Of a stretch of 63,357 nt of DNA, positions 1 to 8,239 are shown one piece after another. A model generated the notes under the pieces. The model ran no database searches and was not told where the DNA came from. It was given only the letters and a program-made list of their open reading frames with translations. This stretch comes from a virus (taxonomy: Duplodnaviria > Caudoviricetes): positions 1-63,357 of the IMG/VR virus record IMGVR_UViG_3300025000_000098, one strand, 5' to 3'. The position numbers and the translations under genes were made by a program. How positions within the stretch are numbered: the stretch's first letter is position 1; each line of letters begins with the position of its first letter.

Positions 1-165
1 AGACGGCTGACGAGTACGCTCTTGGATCAATACTCTCCCATTTTCACTTATGTATTTACATTCAGCAAACCACCGGGACGCTTTAGTGCCAACGACACTT
101 CTCCAAATCAGCATCTCCATAACATTCTGGAACATTCCGGATTCATGCTCTACCTTAACTACGTA
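1..165. repeat. Terminal direct repeat, left copy (circular-assembly overlap)
   Basis: Identical to 63193-63357 except A78 vs G63270; it falls inside a gene. Confidence 0.97.
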
Positions 166-282
166 TCCTGGCATTAATGAGCATTCATATACTGTTCTGC
201 TGATACCAAAACCTAGCCTTTCACCGCACATAAGGTTAAACGCTTCTTCAAACAATATTGGATTCGTAGCCTCTATGTTCAC
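1..282 (-). CDS. Minimal protein-kinase-like protein, 5' part (continues to the stop at 63016; 152 aa total)
   Basis: GTG at 282 overlaps the portal TGA; LGFGISRTVY glycine loop, VVK lysine, QNVME alphaC glutamate; in frame with 63016..63327. Confidence 0.8.
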   Translation of the reverse strand, partial: MNIEATNPILFEEAFNLMCGERLGFGISRTVYECSLMPGYVVKVEHESGMFQNVMEMLIWRSVVGTKASRWFAECKYISENGRVLIQERTRQPS

Positions 283-2366
283 GCTTTCTCCTTTTTCTTC
301 TCAGGCTCCACTGCGGTTGACAGCAGGGTCTTCAGGTTCTCAAGCTGGATCTTGTCGCCATCGGACTGTGCCTTGGCCAGGTTGGCCTCGACCCGAGAGA
401 GAATCTCCTGGATCGTGTACTCGGTCGAGGCGGCGAGAGCCTTGGCGTCGACACGTTTTTTCTCGGCGGAGGCGGTGGTGTCCTCAGTCTTGGCGGCGGT
501 AAGGCCCTGCTCGATCTGAGCGGCCTGCGAGGCTGCGGCCCGCATCCCTTCGAGGATTTGTTTTGCCTCTTCTTTCGGCAAGAGTCGGTCAGTCGGCAGA
601 TCGCGGGATTTCAAACGATCCAGCAGCAGGCCGTAGGTATCGATGATCGCTCGTTCTTCTGGCGAGAGGGTGGTGACGAACTGATCGAGGGCTGCGCCCC
701 GGACTTCCTTGGCGACGAGCGACAGGTTGCCTTTGGCCACAACCTGATAGTCGCCCTTGATGTCTTCCTTCTCATTGAACTCCATGTTCCACTTCAGCAA
801 CGAGGTGAGCAGGGAGGTGGTGAATTTGTCGAAGGCCCGAACGGTATCTTTTGTGACCATGTTAGCTGAACCATGCATCATGCTCATGTTGCTGGTAGTC
901 CGGAAGGCCTCACCGAGCGGCTGCTGCATCCCGCCCATGGTGTAGGCTGGCAGGTTGCTCTCTACGTCGAGCTGCTGCCTGTGCATCTCTATGGCCGACA
1001 TAATCTCCGTGACATGCGACTGGGTGACAATAGGCCGGACGGCGGGATACTGGGCAGTGATATCATCTCCCTCCCGCTCAATGGTCATGAAGGAGTGGAT
1101 AGGGCCGATGCTCTTTCTGCCCTTCGCCATCAGAGAAGTATTTACCTCAAAGATCGGCCCTGCTATGGCCGCCATGTTGTCCATCAGCATCCTTGAGTCC
1201 ACGCACAGCGACATCTGCGAGTCCCGGACTTCTTCTGGCAGTCCGATGCCGGTGAGCCCTGAGTCCTCGTCCTCTTTGTAGATGAAGGCATGATACTGAT
1301 CAGAGGGGCGTTCGCCAAAGGCGGCTTTCTCTGCCTTGATAACCACATCGTCGACGAACCACAGGTCGGCCAGAACGTCCTGATCGAGTTCCTTTTCAGA
1401 AACTTCAACCCCTACGGACTGCAGGGTGTGGGCGGAGACAAAACCGAGGGCTCTGTAAATCTCGTACCTTCGGACAGTCCGATCGGCGAGATTGGAGGTC
1501 TTGGCAATAACGTGTAGGTCGGCCTCGAAGGTCTTGGCAGTATAGTTGCCGGTCGGGTGATCCTTCAGATACTGGTAGATTACCTCAGAGAGAAAATCAT
1601 CTCTCTTGGCAAGCTGGCGGAAATCGTGCCGGGTAAGTACCATCCGCTCGAAAACAATGTCCTGGTCCTCCCAGTGCTTGGCCATCAGGTCGCCATAGAA
1701 ATCCCACCCTCTGACATACTCAGGGTACGGCCGCCGGTTGGTCTTAGTAACAGCCTCATAGGCTCCGGTCCTCGGGTTCATTTCCCATACCCGCTCCTGC
1801 TGGGTGCGAACCATTGGGGAACGCGCTATGCCGTAGCCGTAGATATAGCCGCTGCGTACTACTCGCTTACACAACTGCGGATAGTCGGTGCCTGAGTCGG
1901 AGAGCTGGTCGGCCATCTCGGTCTCCATCTTCTCTTTTCTGGCTTCGGCAAAGGCTCGGACGGCTCGCTCAATGGCGTCACTACTGAGAGGTGTTGGCTC
2001 CTGCTGTGCTTCGGCAGCCTGTAACAGAGCTTCTCTGGTCAGGGCGTCGAGGATCTGTTGTAGGGCCTCCTGAGGGATGGACGGAGAAGGCGAGACACCG
2101 AGCCCCCAGTTGCGGTCCTGGGCTGGGAACATCATCTCCATCATCTTCGCTACGCCGCCATTGACCTTGACCCGGGTATCTCGAGGATACACATGCGAGC
2201 GCTCGGCCGGGATGTTGGCGAGAATATCAGGGTCGTACTGACCGAGGTACTGCCGCAGATTCTTCAGCCACTGCACTTCGAGCGGCTGACGGTCGTTGAT
2301 GAACTGATTGAGCTGGCCCTTAAGGTAGCTGCCGAGTTTTGCCAGACTTTCTGATGTCGTGTCCAT
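279..2366 (-). CDS. Portal protein
   Basis: 695 aa, directly downstream of terL and upstream of scaffold and capsid on the circle; helical protein with coiled-coil C-terminus. Confidence 0.85.
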   Translation of the reverse strand: MDTTSESLAKLGSYLKGQLNQFINDRQPLEVQWLKNLRQYLGQYDPDILANIPAERSHVYPRDTRVKVNGGVAKMMEMMFPAQDRNWGLGVSPSPSIPQEALQQILDALTREALLQAAEAQQEPTPLSSDAIERAVRAFAEARKEKMETEMADQLSDSGTDYPQLCKRVVRSGYIYGYGIARSPMVRTQQERVWEMNPRTGAYEAVTKTNRRPYPEYVRGWDFYGDLMAKHWEDQDIVFERMVLTRHDFRQLAKRDDFLSEVIYQYLKDHPTGNYTAKTFEADLHVIAKTSNLADRTVRRYEIYRALGFVSAHTLQSVGVEVSEKELDQDVLADLWFVDDVVIKAEKAAFGERPSDQYHAFIYKEDEDSGLTGIGLPEEVRDSQMSLCVDSRMLMDNMAAIAGPIFEVNTSLMAKGRKSIGPIHSFMTIEREGDDITAQYPAVRPIVTQSHVTEIMSAIEMHRQQLDVESNLPAYTMGGMQQPLGEAFRTTSNMSMMHGSANMVTKDTVRAFDKFTTSLLTSLLKWNMEFNEKEDIKGDYQVVAKGNLSLVAKEVRGAALDQFVTTLSPEERAIIDTYGLLLDRLKSRDLPTDRLLPKEEAKQILEGMRAAASQAAQIEQGLTAAKTEDTTASAEKKRVDAKALAASTEYTIQEILSRVEANLAKAQSDGDKIQLENLKTLLSTAVEPEKKKEKA

Positions 2367-3839
2367 TTAATATCCTTCGCGCTGCGCTGGGCGATAAGAT
2401 TGTTGCCTAAAGGCAAGTGGGTCAAACTCGTCGTATACCTCGTAGTCGGCAGGGTCGTACTTTCCGCCGGTGAGGAACATCACCCCATACTGCCCGGCTT
2501 CAACAAGATGCGAGCACGGCTGGGTTTTGTCTGGTTTGTCGTCGTACAACTCGGCGATAGAAAGCTTGAGCCGCCGGTACATATATTCTGTCTGCATAGC
2601 CCGGATAAAACTCTTGCACGCCGGGTCGATAAGGACTCTCGGCTCTCTATCCGGATACTCACTGAATACGTCGTCCAGTGCTTTTATCCTCACGTCCGGA
2701 TCATTGGTCGACGCTCTCTTGGCGAGAATGTCTGCGGTCTTGAACTCTTTATAACAAGTGCCCTCGTCTGAATCCGCTCTCCGCCCACCAGAAGGATCTC
2801 CGACCACGACGATAGGGTTGGTAGGGAATGTCGTCATCTGCATAGGCTTGAACTTTGACTTGATATACCTCTTGGTGCCCATGTCAAAAGCCGGGGTTTC
2901 CCTCAAGATGTAGATCCTACCATTCTCCTGCATCTGCATCCATAGCCCTGCGGGGGTGAGCCCGAAATCTTGTCCAACGATTACAGGTAGATACGGATTT
3001 ATCGGGAGAGGTACCTTGGACACATGCCAGTCGTACCGAAAGGAGTCGTGGTACACAGGCTTGCCTGCCATGGACAGTGCATATTGTGCCTTGATGAAGA
3101 CGTTGATATACGCCTTACTGCGCCCTTTGGCTTTCCTATCATAGTATCCTGGTTCGAGGTTCTGCTTGTTCTCCGCTTCTGGAGATATGCCGCTCGGCTG
3201 CTTGAACGTATCGCACTGTACTACGGTATCCGGATCGTCGTCCTCGAGCGGCATGTGCTCGAAAATCTTCCACCAATAAGAGCCGAGTTGTGGAGGATTA
3301 GTATCAGCGATCAGCAACCAATGAGATGACCCGCCCATCTTCTGCGAAGGGTATCGCTCGAGACGCCCTTGCAAACTTTCTACAATTTCTTGAGGAATTT
3401 CACGGCACTCGTTGAGCCATGCCGCGGTGAGTTCGAGTGAAAGAACCTTCGCAACGTCGGCGGGAGTATCAAGGGCACGAAAGAGAATCTCTGCGCGAAC
3501 GTCGCCGAAATGGAAGTGGTAGGTCATGGTGGTTTCTTTCCAGTATCCCACCCCTGCTCCCGGTGCTCCGCTGTCTGGGAACCAGTCGAACCAGGTCTTT
3601 AAGGTCGTGTCTTTGAGCTGGCCTTTGGTATTCCTAACAACCGCCCACCGCGACCTCCGAAATCCGTCAGGACCTACTCGCTGCTCCTGACACCTGCGAA
3701 AGATCTCCACACAGCAGGCAACTGATTTCCCTCCGCCGATCGGTCCGAGGATTGCTCGGAAGTCCGCGTTAGACCGATGAAATCTGGCAAGCGTAGGAGC
3801 CGATACACGGACATCGTATGTGAGGCTAAACTCGCTCAA
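2367..3839 (-). CDS. terL: Terminase large subunit
   Basis: Walker A GPIGGGKS, Walker B-like AAWLNE, DTNPP coupling motif, nuclease GQDFG. Confidence 0.93.
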   Translation of the reverse strand: MSEFSLTYDVRVSAPTLARFHRSNADFRAILGPIGGGKSVACCVEIFRRCQEQRVGPDGFRRSRWAVVRNTKGQLKDTTLKTWFDWFPDSGAPGAGVGYWKETTMTYHFHFGDVRAEILFRALDTPADVAKVLSLELTAAWLNECREIPQEIVESLQGRLERYPSQKMGGSSHWLLIADTNPPQLGSYWWKIFEHMPLEDDDPDTVVQCDTFKQPSGISPEAENKQNLEPGYYDRKAKGRSKAYINVFIKAQYALSMAGKPVYHDSFRYDWHVSKVPLPINPYLPVIVGQDFGLTPAGLWMQMQENGRIYILRETPAFDMGTKRYIKSKFKPMQMTTFPTNPIVVVGDPSGGRRADSDEGTCYKEFKTADILAKRASTNDPDVRIKALDDVFSEYPDREPRVLIDPACKSFIRAMQTEYMYRRLKLSIAELYDDKPDKTQPCSHLVEAGQYGVMFLTGGKYDPADYEVYDEFDPLAFRQQSYRPAQREGY

Positions 3840-4199
3840 CTACTTCTCCCACTTATCGATCATTTTCTGCGCTTCTCGAACTCTGTCAACCTGCTGTTGT
3901 CTCTCAATCGCCCTGGTAGCATCAACCCATCTTGGATTGGCGCTCGGCCACGACGGGTACGGATAGACTAGATGCGACCACGTATTATTCACACATCGCT
4001 CGCAACAACTGGTTGGTAACGTACAGCTACATACTCCCATTTTCCTCTCCTCATCCTCAGCAATCTTCAAACATTCCTGAATAGCCTTCGCCCTGATGCT
4101 GGCGTCGACCCCGTCCGGCCGGATAACTCCGGCAGCGTCATGCACCGGGATACGGACCGCACAGTTCAGCAGTTCCTTGATCCGTTCTATCGTTGCCAT
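3840..4199 (-). CDS. Hypothetical protein
   Basis: 119-aa ORF coupled to neighbours, with a Cys cluster. Confidence 0.6.
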   Translation of the reverse strand: MATIERIKELLNCAVRIPVHDAAGVIRPDGVDASIRAKAIQECLKIAEDEERKMGVCSCTLPTSCCERCVNNTWSHLVYPYPSWPSANPRWVDATRAIERQQQVDRVREAQKMIDKWEK

Positions 4200-4402
4200 G
4201 CCGGCTTCCTCTGAAGAAGTTCTGCGCAGTCAACGCAGTGCTTGCAGCCTTTGACCGCCTGTCGACGAGCTTCCGGAATAGGTTCTTCGCATTCCTCGCA
4301 GTGCGTCTTCGACTCACCTCTCGGCAACTGCGCTCGGGCTGCTAAGATCCCATGTTCTCGGAACATGGTCTCGAACTTTTCGGCCTGTTCAAGCTGCTCC
4401 AT
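4187..4402 (-). CDS. TraR/DksA-family C4 zinc-finger protein
   Basis: CEECEEPIPEARRQAVKGCKHCVDC; ATG at 4402 just after the endolysin stop. Confidence 0.9.
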   Translation of the reverse strand: MEQLEQAEKFETMFREHGILAARAQLPRGESKTHCEECEEPIPEARRQAVKGCKHCVDCAELLQRKPAWQR

Positions 4403-4403
4403 A

Positions 4404-4904
4404 TCACGCCTCTCGTAACTGCTTGTAGGCCCGCTCAATCCGACGGACATAGTTCAAGGTCTCCCAGGAGTTGTCCTTGCCGGTCACGGCGTGAAGGCAA
4501 CACCCTACAGATACCCATTTATCCTTGACGACTGCCAGCTTCTGGGCTTCAATAATATTCCCTGCACCGGCGTTGTAGGAGGCGAACATGAAGCGCAACC
4601 GCTCGAGCCCCTCTTCCTTCTTCCAGATGTTCCAGCACCGCTTATCATAGCAGATCCCGGCCCGGATGTTGAACTCGGGGTCTCTTGGGTCGTTCAGGAT
4701 TTTGAGCTTGTCGGCCATCTCCTGCGAGGTCGGAGGCATCAACTGCATAATCCCCATGGCCCCCACCGGTGAGGTGGCAGTCGGATCGATCAGGCTTTCT
4801 GTCCATGCCTGCGCCTTGAACCACTGCCAGTCGAACTTATTTCCGAAGAACTCATAGGAGAATTGCTGAAAGAGAGGGTCGTATTTGGTGGGGATGGCTA
4901 TCAT
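4404..4904 (-). CDS. Endolysin, SLT-type lytic transglycosylase
   Basis: AQAWTES catalytic Glu, SPVGAMGIMQLMP, ASYNAG motifs. Confidence 0.92.
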   Translation of the reverse strand: MIAIPTKYDPLFQQFSYEFFGNKFDWQWFKAQAWTESLIDPTATSPVGAMGIMQLMPPTSQEMADKLKILNDPRDPEFNIRAGICYDKRCWNIWKKEEGLERLRFMFASYNAGAGNIIEAQKLAVVKDKWVSVGCCLHAVTGKDNSWETLNYVRRIERAYKQLREA

Positions 4905-5311
4905 CGATTACTCCGTATCTCGGTAATTATGTCCTGAAAGTTCTGGGCCTGGGCATCCTTGATTTCTTCGACCTTCCTCTCGAGATTGCCGAACCGTTCC
5001 TGCCCCGCGGCGAACTTTTCAGCCAAGGCCGCATGGCACTCAGCCTGCTCCCTCGCGCATACAATAGATGTGGTGAACCGCGGTTCTCCATCCTCTCTGA
5101 TGAACGCTGCAGTAAGTGTTCTGATGGCCTGCTCCAGACTCTCGTACTTCTTCTGGGTCTCGTCGTGTCGTTCATGGCTTCTGGTGAGGCTCGACTCAAA
5201 CCGCTGAATCTTTTTACCAACGCCTAGAATGGTGGCTACTCCGCCGGCTATGAAGCTGCATAACCCGATAAACACCCCTACAAGTGTGGCTCCGTTAGAC
5301 TCTGGTGACAT
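4901..5311 (-). CDS. Membrane protein with coiled coil (holin- or spanin-like)
   Basis: N-terminal transmembrane helix then coiled coil; adjacent to endolysin. Confidence 0.55.
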   Translation of the reverse strand: MSPESNGATLVGVFIGLCSFIAGGVATILGVGKKIQRFESSLTRSHERHDETQKKYESLEQAIRTLTAAFIREDGEPRFTTSIVCAREQAECHAALAEKFAAGQERFGNLERKVEEIKDAQAQNFQDIITEIRSNR

Positions 5312-5344
5312 TCCTTATCAACCTTTCCGGCTCTTTCCCGGGGT

Positions 5345-5695
5345 TCAATACCATCGATCAGCCATGCCTTGGCAGTGCCGTAGTTCGTGTTTCATCGCTC
5401 CGAGGTCGCCCTTCGGCACCCACACCTCGCATTTACTGACTCCGCCTGTACCGTCGTGATACGCTCGTCCGCAGGCAGGGGCTACTCCCAAGGCGAGGAT
5501 CGGCAGGATGGGGTTGACTTCCCAGGCTATTTTGTTACAGGCCCACAAGCACTCCCCAAGAGAAACTTCGTGGATGATGAGCTCCACATCCTCAAGTGGT
5601 GTCAGGTGGGTTACGCCTGGGAACAGCTTGTCCGGCTGCGGCATCGGGGCGCAGGAGGTTAAAGAAAGTAGGAGTAATAGAAGAAGAGGTTTCAT
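5345..5695 (-). CDS. Lipoprotein with HExxH motif
   Basis: MKPLLLLLLLSLTSC lipobox; C-terminal HELRH. Confidence 0.65.
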   Translation of the reverse strand: MKPLLLLLLLSLTSCAPMPQPDKLFPGVTHLTPLEDVELIIHEVSLGECLWACNKIAWEVNPILPILALGVAPACGRAYHDGTGGVSKCEVWVPKGDLGAMKHELRHCQGMADRWY

Positions 5696-5994
5696 TTGCC
5701 GATTATTCTCGTCCAAAGGGTGTACAGCCCTACTTTCTTCGAAGTAATCAAGGTAAAGACGATGAGCACACATTGGATGAAGGTGGCGAACAGTCCGGAG
5801 TAGACGATGATCTCCCCGTCGGTGATCGGGAAATCGAAGCCAAGCATCTTCAAGATAGTAACAAGAGCTGACAGCGCCCCGGTGATGGCTCCCACCAGGA
5901 TGCCGCGGTATTTCCATTTCGTCGGGTCTGCGATCTCCTGACCTTCAGATAATGCGTCGATCAACTGTTCACCAATCTCTGTGGCTTTTTGCAT
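5692..5994 (-). CDS. Putative holin (two transmembrane helices)
   Basis: 100 aa, two hydrophobic helices, basic C-terminus, in lysis region. Confidence 0.6.
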   Translation of the reverse strand: MQKATEIGEQLIDALSEGQEIADPTKWKYRGILVGAITGALSALVTILKMLGFDFPITDGEIIVYSGLFATFIQCVLIVFTLITSKKVGLYTLWTRIIGK

Positions 5995-6170
5995 ATCTTG
6001 ACTCCTGTAAAGAGCTGGTTGAAATAACTACACCCACCTTGTTTCACCCCGTTACAATCGAATGAGAAACAAGACTTTGCATCTCCGGCGCAGTGTCTGT
6101 CTTTGACATGGTGAACACCGTTCTCGTCCTTCGCAGACATCTGCAAACTGTCTTCGGAAATAACTCGCAT
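5961..6170 (-). CDS. Small Cys-rich hypothetical protein
   Basis: RBS GAGGAG before ATG at 6170. Confidence 0.55.
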   Translation of the reverse strand: MRVISEDSLQMSAKDENGVHHVKDRHCAGDAKSCFSFDCNGVKQGGCSYFNQLFTGVKICKKPQRLVNS

Positions 6171-6179
6171 GGTCTCTCC

Positions 6180-6275
6180 TCAGTCGTCAGGGTTTTCGTC
6201 GCCAGCCGGCCATCCACACCTCGGACAGTGCTGCCTACCGTGGTACTCGCACCCACAGTATTTACAGACTGTCAC
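6180..6275 (-). CDS. 31-aa zinc-ribbon micro-protein
   Basis: GTG overlaps upstream TGA; MTVCKYCGCEYHGRQHCPRCGWPAGDENPDD. Confidence 0.55.
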   Translation of the reverse strand: MTVCKYCGCEYHGRQHCPRCGWPAGDENPDD

Positions 6276-6952
6276 TTCTTCGCCTTTGTGATAAAGGCAC
6301 ACTCACCATCCTCTCGAAGCAGCTTCTCAAGGTCCTTGAAAGAGATACTGCACTTCCCGGCGTTCCCCCAGGAGTTGCCCCAGGAATTGTGAATATAGGC
6401 GAGGTTCAGGTGATGATTTACTCTGTAGATAAGAGTGCAGTGCCCACCCATGACTCGCCCGGTAGCATGTATCATGTCTTTCCTGTCAGGCTCCTGCATC
6501 CCTGAGTACCAATTCACTCCGATGACAGCAGGTCCGTAATAGCCAACTCCTACGAGAAGGTCATTCAGGTCGAAGGCCCATCGGTACTCTGAAATCTCTT
6601 CGGCGGATTTGGCAGCCTTCAACCCATCAAGCAGTGAGGTGCCTCCGTAGACTGGGTATGCTCCTGGGTACTCTCCGCCAGGCCATGGGTCGTTGTACTG
6701 CGCAGGGTAGTAAATCTCTTCTCGGGCGAACTTCTCAGTGTACTTGGTCGGGTCACCGATCTGAGGTTCAGAAAGAAGGGCATGAGTTACGCCGAAGCCA
6801 ACACAAGCCCCTTCACGCCCCTGATCGAGACAGGTCTGGATAAGCCATACCTTCGAGATAATCTCTCGTTCAGGAACGACTTCCGCGACACCGTATCGTT
6901 TTGAGGCGCTGTCGAAGTTGGGGATTCTGTCAAGTCTGCGGTCGATTTTCAT
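6272..6952 (-). CDS. Papain-like (C1) cysteine peptidase
   Basis: DQGREGACVGF (oxyanion Gln and catalytic Cys), GGHC, HNSWG. Confidence 0.88.
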   Translation of the reverse strand: MKIDRRLDRIPNFDSASKRYGVAEVVPEREIISKVWLIQTCLDQGREGACVGFGVTHALLSEPQIGDPTKYTEKFAREEIYYPAQYNDPWPGGEYPGAYPVYGGTSLLDGLKAAKSAEEISEYRWAFDLNDLLVGVGYYGPAVIGVNWYSGMQEPDRKDMIHATGRVMGGHCTLIYRVNHHLNLAYIHNSWGNSWGNAGKCSISFKDLEKLLREDGECAFITKAKK

Positions 6953-6953
6953 C

Positions 6954-7622
6954 TCATTTGCCGTTGTAATAAAATGTTACAGTGTTCGACTTATTGCCGT
7001 AGGGCGCATGTAAGTATACGCCGTGATGAGAAGTTCCTGTATCGGCGTCACCTTCTCCGTTCGGACCCAGGCCAGGTTTGAAAACAAAACCCTTGCGATC
7101 TCCGGAAGATTCTCGGTAATTATGGTAGGGGTCTTTGATGATGAAGGTCTGGCCGTTGGCGAAGACTATCTTCATGTTTGGGCCGAAGTCCGGCCCCTGC
7201 TCGGGGATACGCCAGGCCTTACGACCTCCGTTACGCTCACCGTAGCTCGTATAGGTTTTCTTGTATTTGTATCCTGTGGTGGGTGTAGAAGGGTTGGACG
7301 GAGTAGAACTTCCGGAAGTCGCAGTATAGGTCTTCCCGTCGGACATCTTGATCACGAACTTCAGCGGCCTGAGGTATGCATCCCCATCCTTGTCAAGCAA
7401 GAACACCGGGCAGCCTTTATACGGCACGCCGCGGCTGGCTACTTCACCATTGACTGAGACGGCTGTTATCTGGGCGTCCCGCAGAGTCCGGAAGAGGACC
7501 GCGGCTTTCTGGTTGTTCTGGTCAGCCGATTTCTCGAAGGTGATCTTATGGGGGAAGGTTGTGGAAGGGGGTGTCGTCCCTCCCTCAGTGAATGTCGTTC
7601 CGCATTTAGGGCAGGTTGGCAT
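6954..7622 (-). CDS. Hypothetical two-domain protein
   Basis: 222 aa, CPKC N-terminus, Thr/Pro linkers. Confidence 0.7.
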   Translation of the reverse strand: MPTCPKCGTTFTEGGTTPPSTTFPHKITFEKSADQNNQKAAVLFRTLRDAQITAVSVNGEVASRGVPYKGCPVFLLDKDGDAYLRPLKFVIKMSDGKTYTATSGSSTPSNPSTPTTGYKYKKTYTSYGERNGGRKAWRIPEQGPDFGPNMKIVFANGQTFIIKDPYHNYRESSGDRKGFVFKPGLGPNGEGDADTGTSHHGVYLHAPYGNKSNTVTFYYNGK

Positions 7623-8039
7623 TTACTCAATCTCCTCTACGATAATCTCGTCGGCGAGTTCTTCCTCGACCGTGTCGACTTCGTCTATGACTACTTCATC
7701 AGGGGCTGGAGGCGGTGTCATAGGCTCTGGCTTTACTTCTTGGTTGTTGGAGTCCTTTACAGAATTATCGATTTTGACTGGCTTGAGGACGTTAGGGGTT
7801 ATCCGATCGAGTAAACTGCCTGCAGCCCCTACAGACCCGTCTCCAATAGGCAGGGTAGCATTTTGCTCACCATCAAGCTCTCCTTTACTGTCTGCAGCGG
7901 AGATGAGCGTGCCGTTACCTTCGTTATGGTTCTCAATGTCAACAAGATATAACGTCCCACACCCACCCAAAAAGAAACATCCTGTTACAATAGCGATCAG
8001 CCCGATCTTCGCTGCACTGCTCTCCGCTCTCCGCATCAT
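7623..8039 (-). CDS. Putative lipoprotein with acidic tail
   Basis: Hydrophobic stretch ending FFLGGC; RBS AGGAGA. Confidence 0.65.
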   Translation of the reverse strand: MMRRAESSAAKIGLIAIVTGCFFLGGCGTLYLVDIENHNEGNGTLISAADSKGELDGEQNATLPIGDGSVGAAGSLLDRITPNVLKPVKIDNSVKDSNNQEVKPEPMTPPPAPDEVVIDEVDTVEEELADEIIVEEIE

Positions 8040-8052
8040 CTCATTTCTCCTT

Positions 8053-8154
8053 TTAGTAGATTGTTCCTGCTATAAAATTGTATACTGTCGATACAAGGAC
8101 CACAAGCATTATTGCCCAGTACGACAACTCTTCGTGATGTTTTTCAAACCGCAT
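8053..8154 (-). CDS. 33-aa membrane micro-protein
   Basis: MRFEKHHEELSYWAIMLVVLVSTVYNFIAGTIY; RBS AGGTG. Confidence 0.45.
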   Translation of the reverse strand: MRFEKHHEELSYWAIMLVVLVSTVYNFIAGTIY

Positions 8155-8239
8155 TCTTTCACCTATGTAAATCCATGTATAATTCTATGGCTTTTTCAAC
8201 TAACATGAAAATCTCCTTTTGATTGATAGTAATTTCTTA

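Noticed and set aside
1-165. Biological terminal repeat of T7 type
   Set aside because: Lies mid-gene in the head module, which fits an assembly overlap better
3405-3430. TerL Walker B reading NE instead of DE as an inactivating change
   Set aside because: All other motifs are intact, and I recall this variant in related terminases; likely a family trait, not verified
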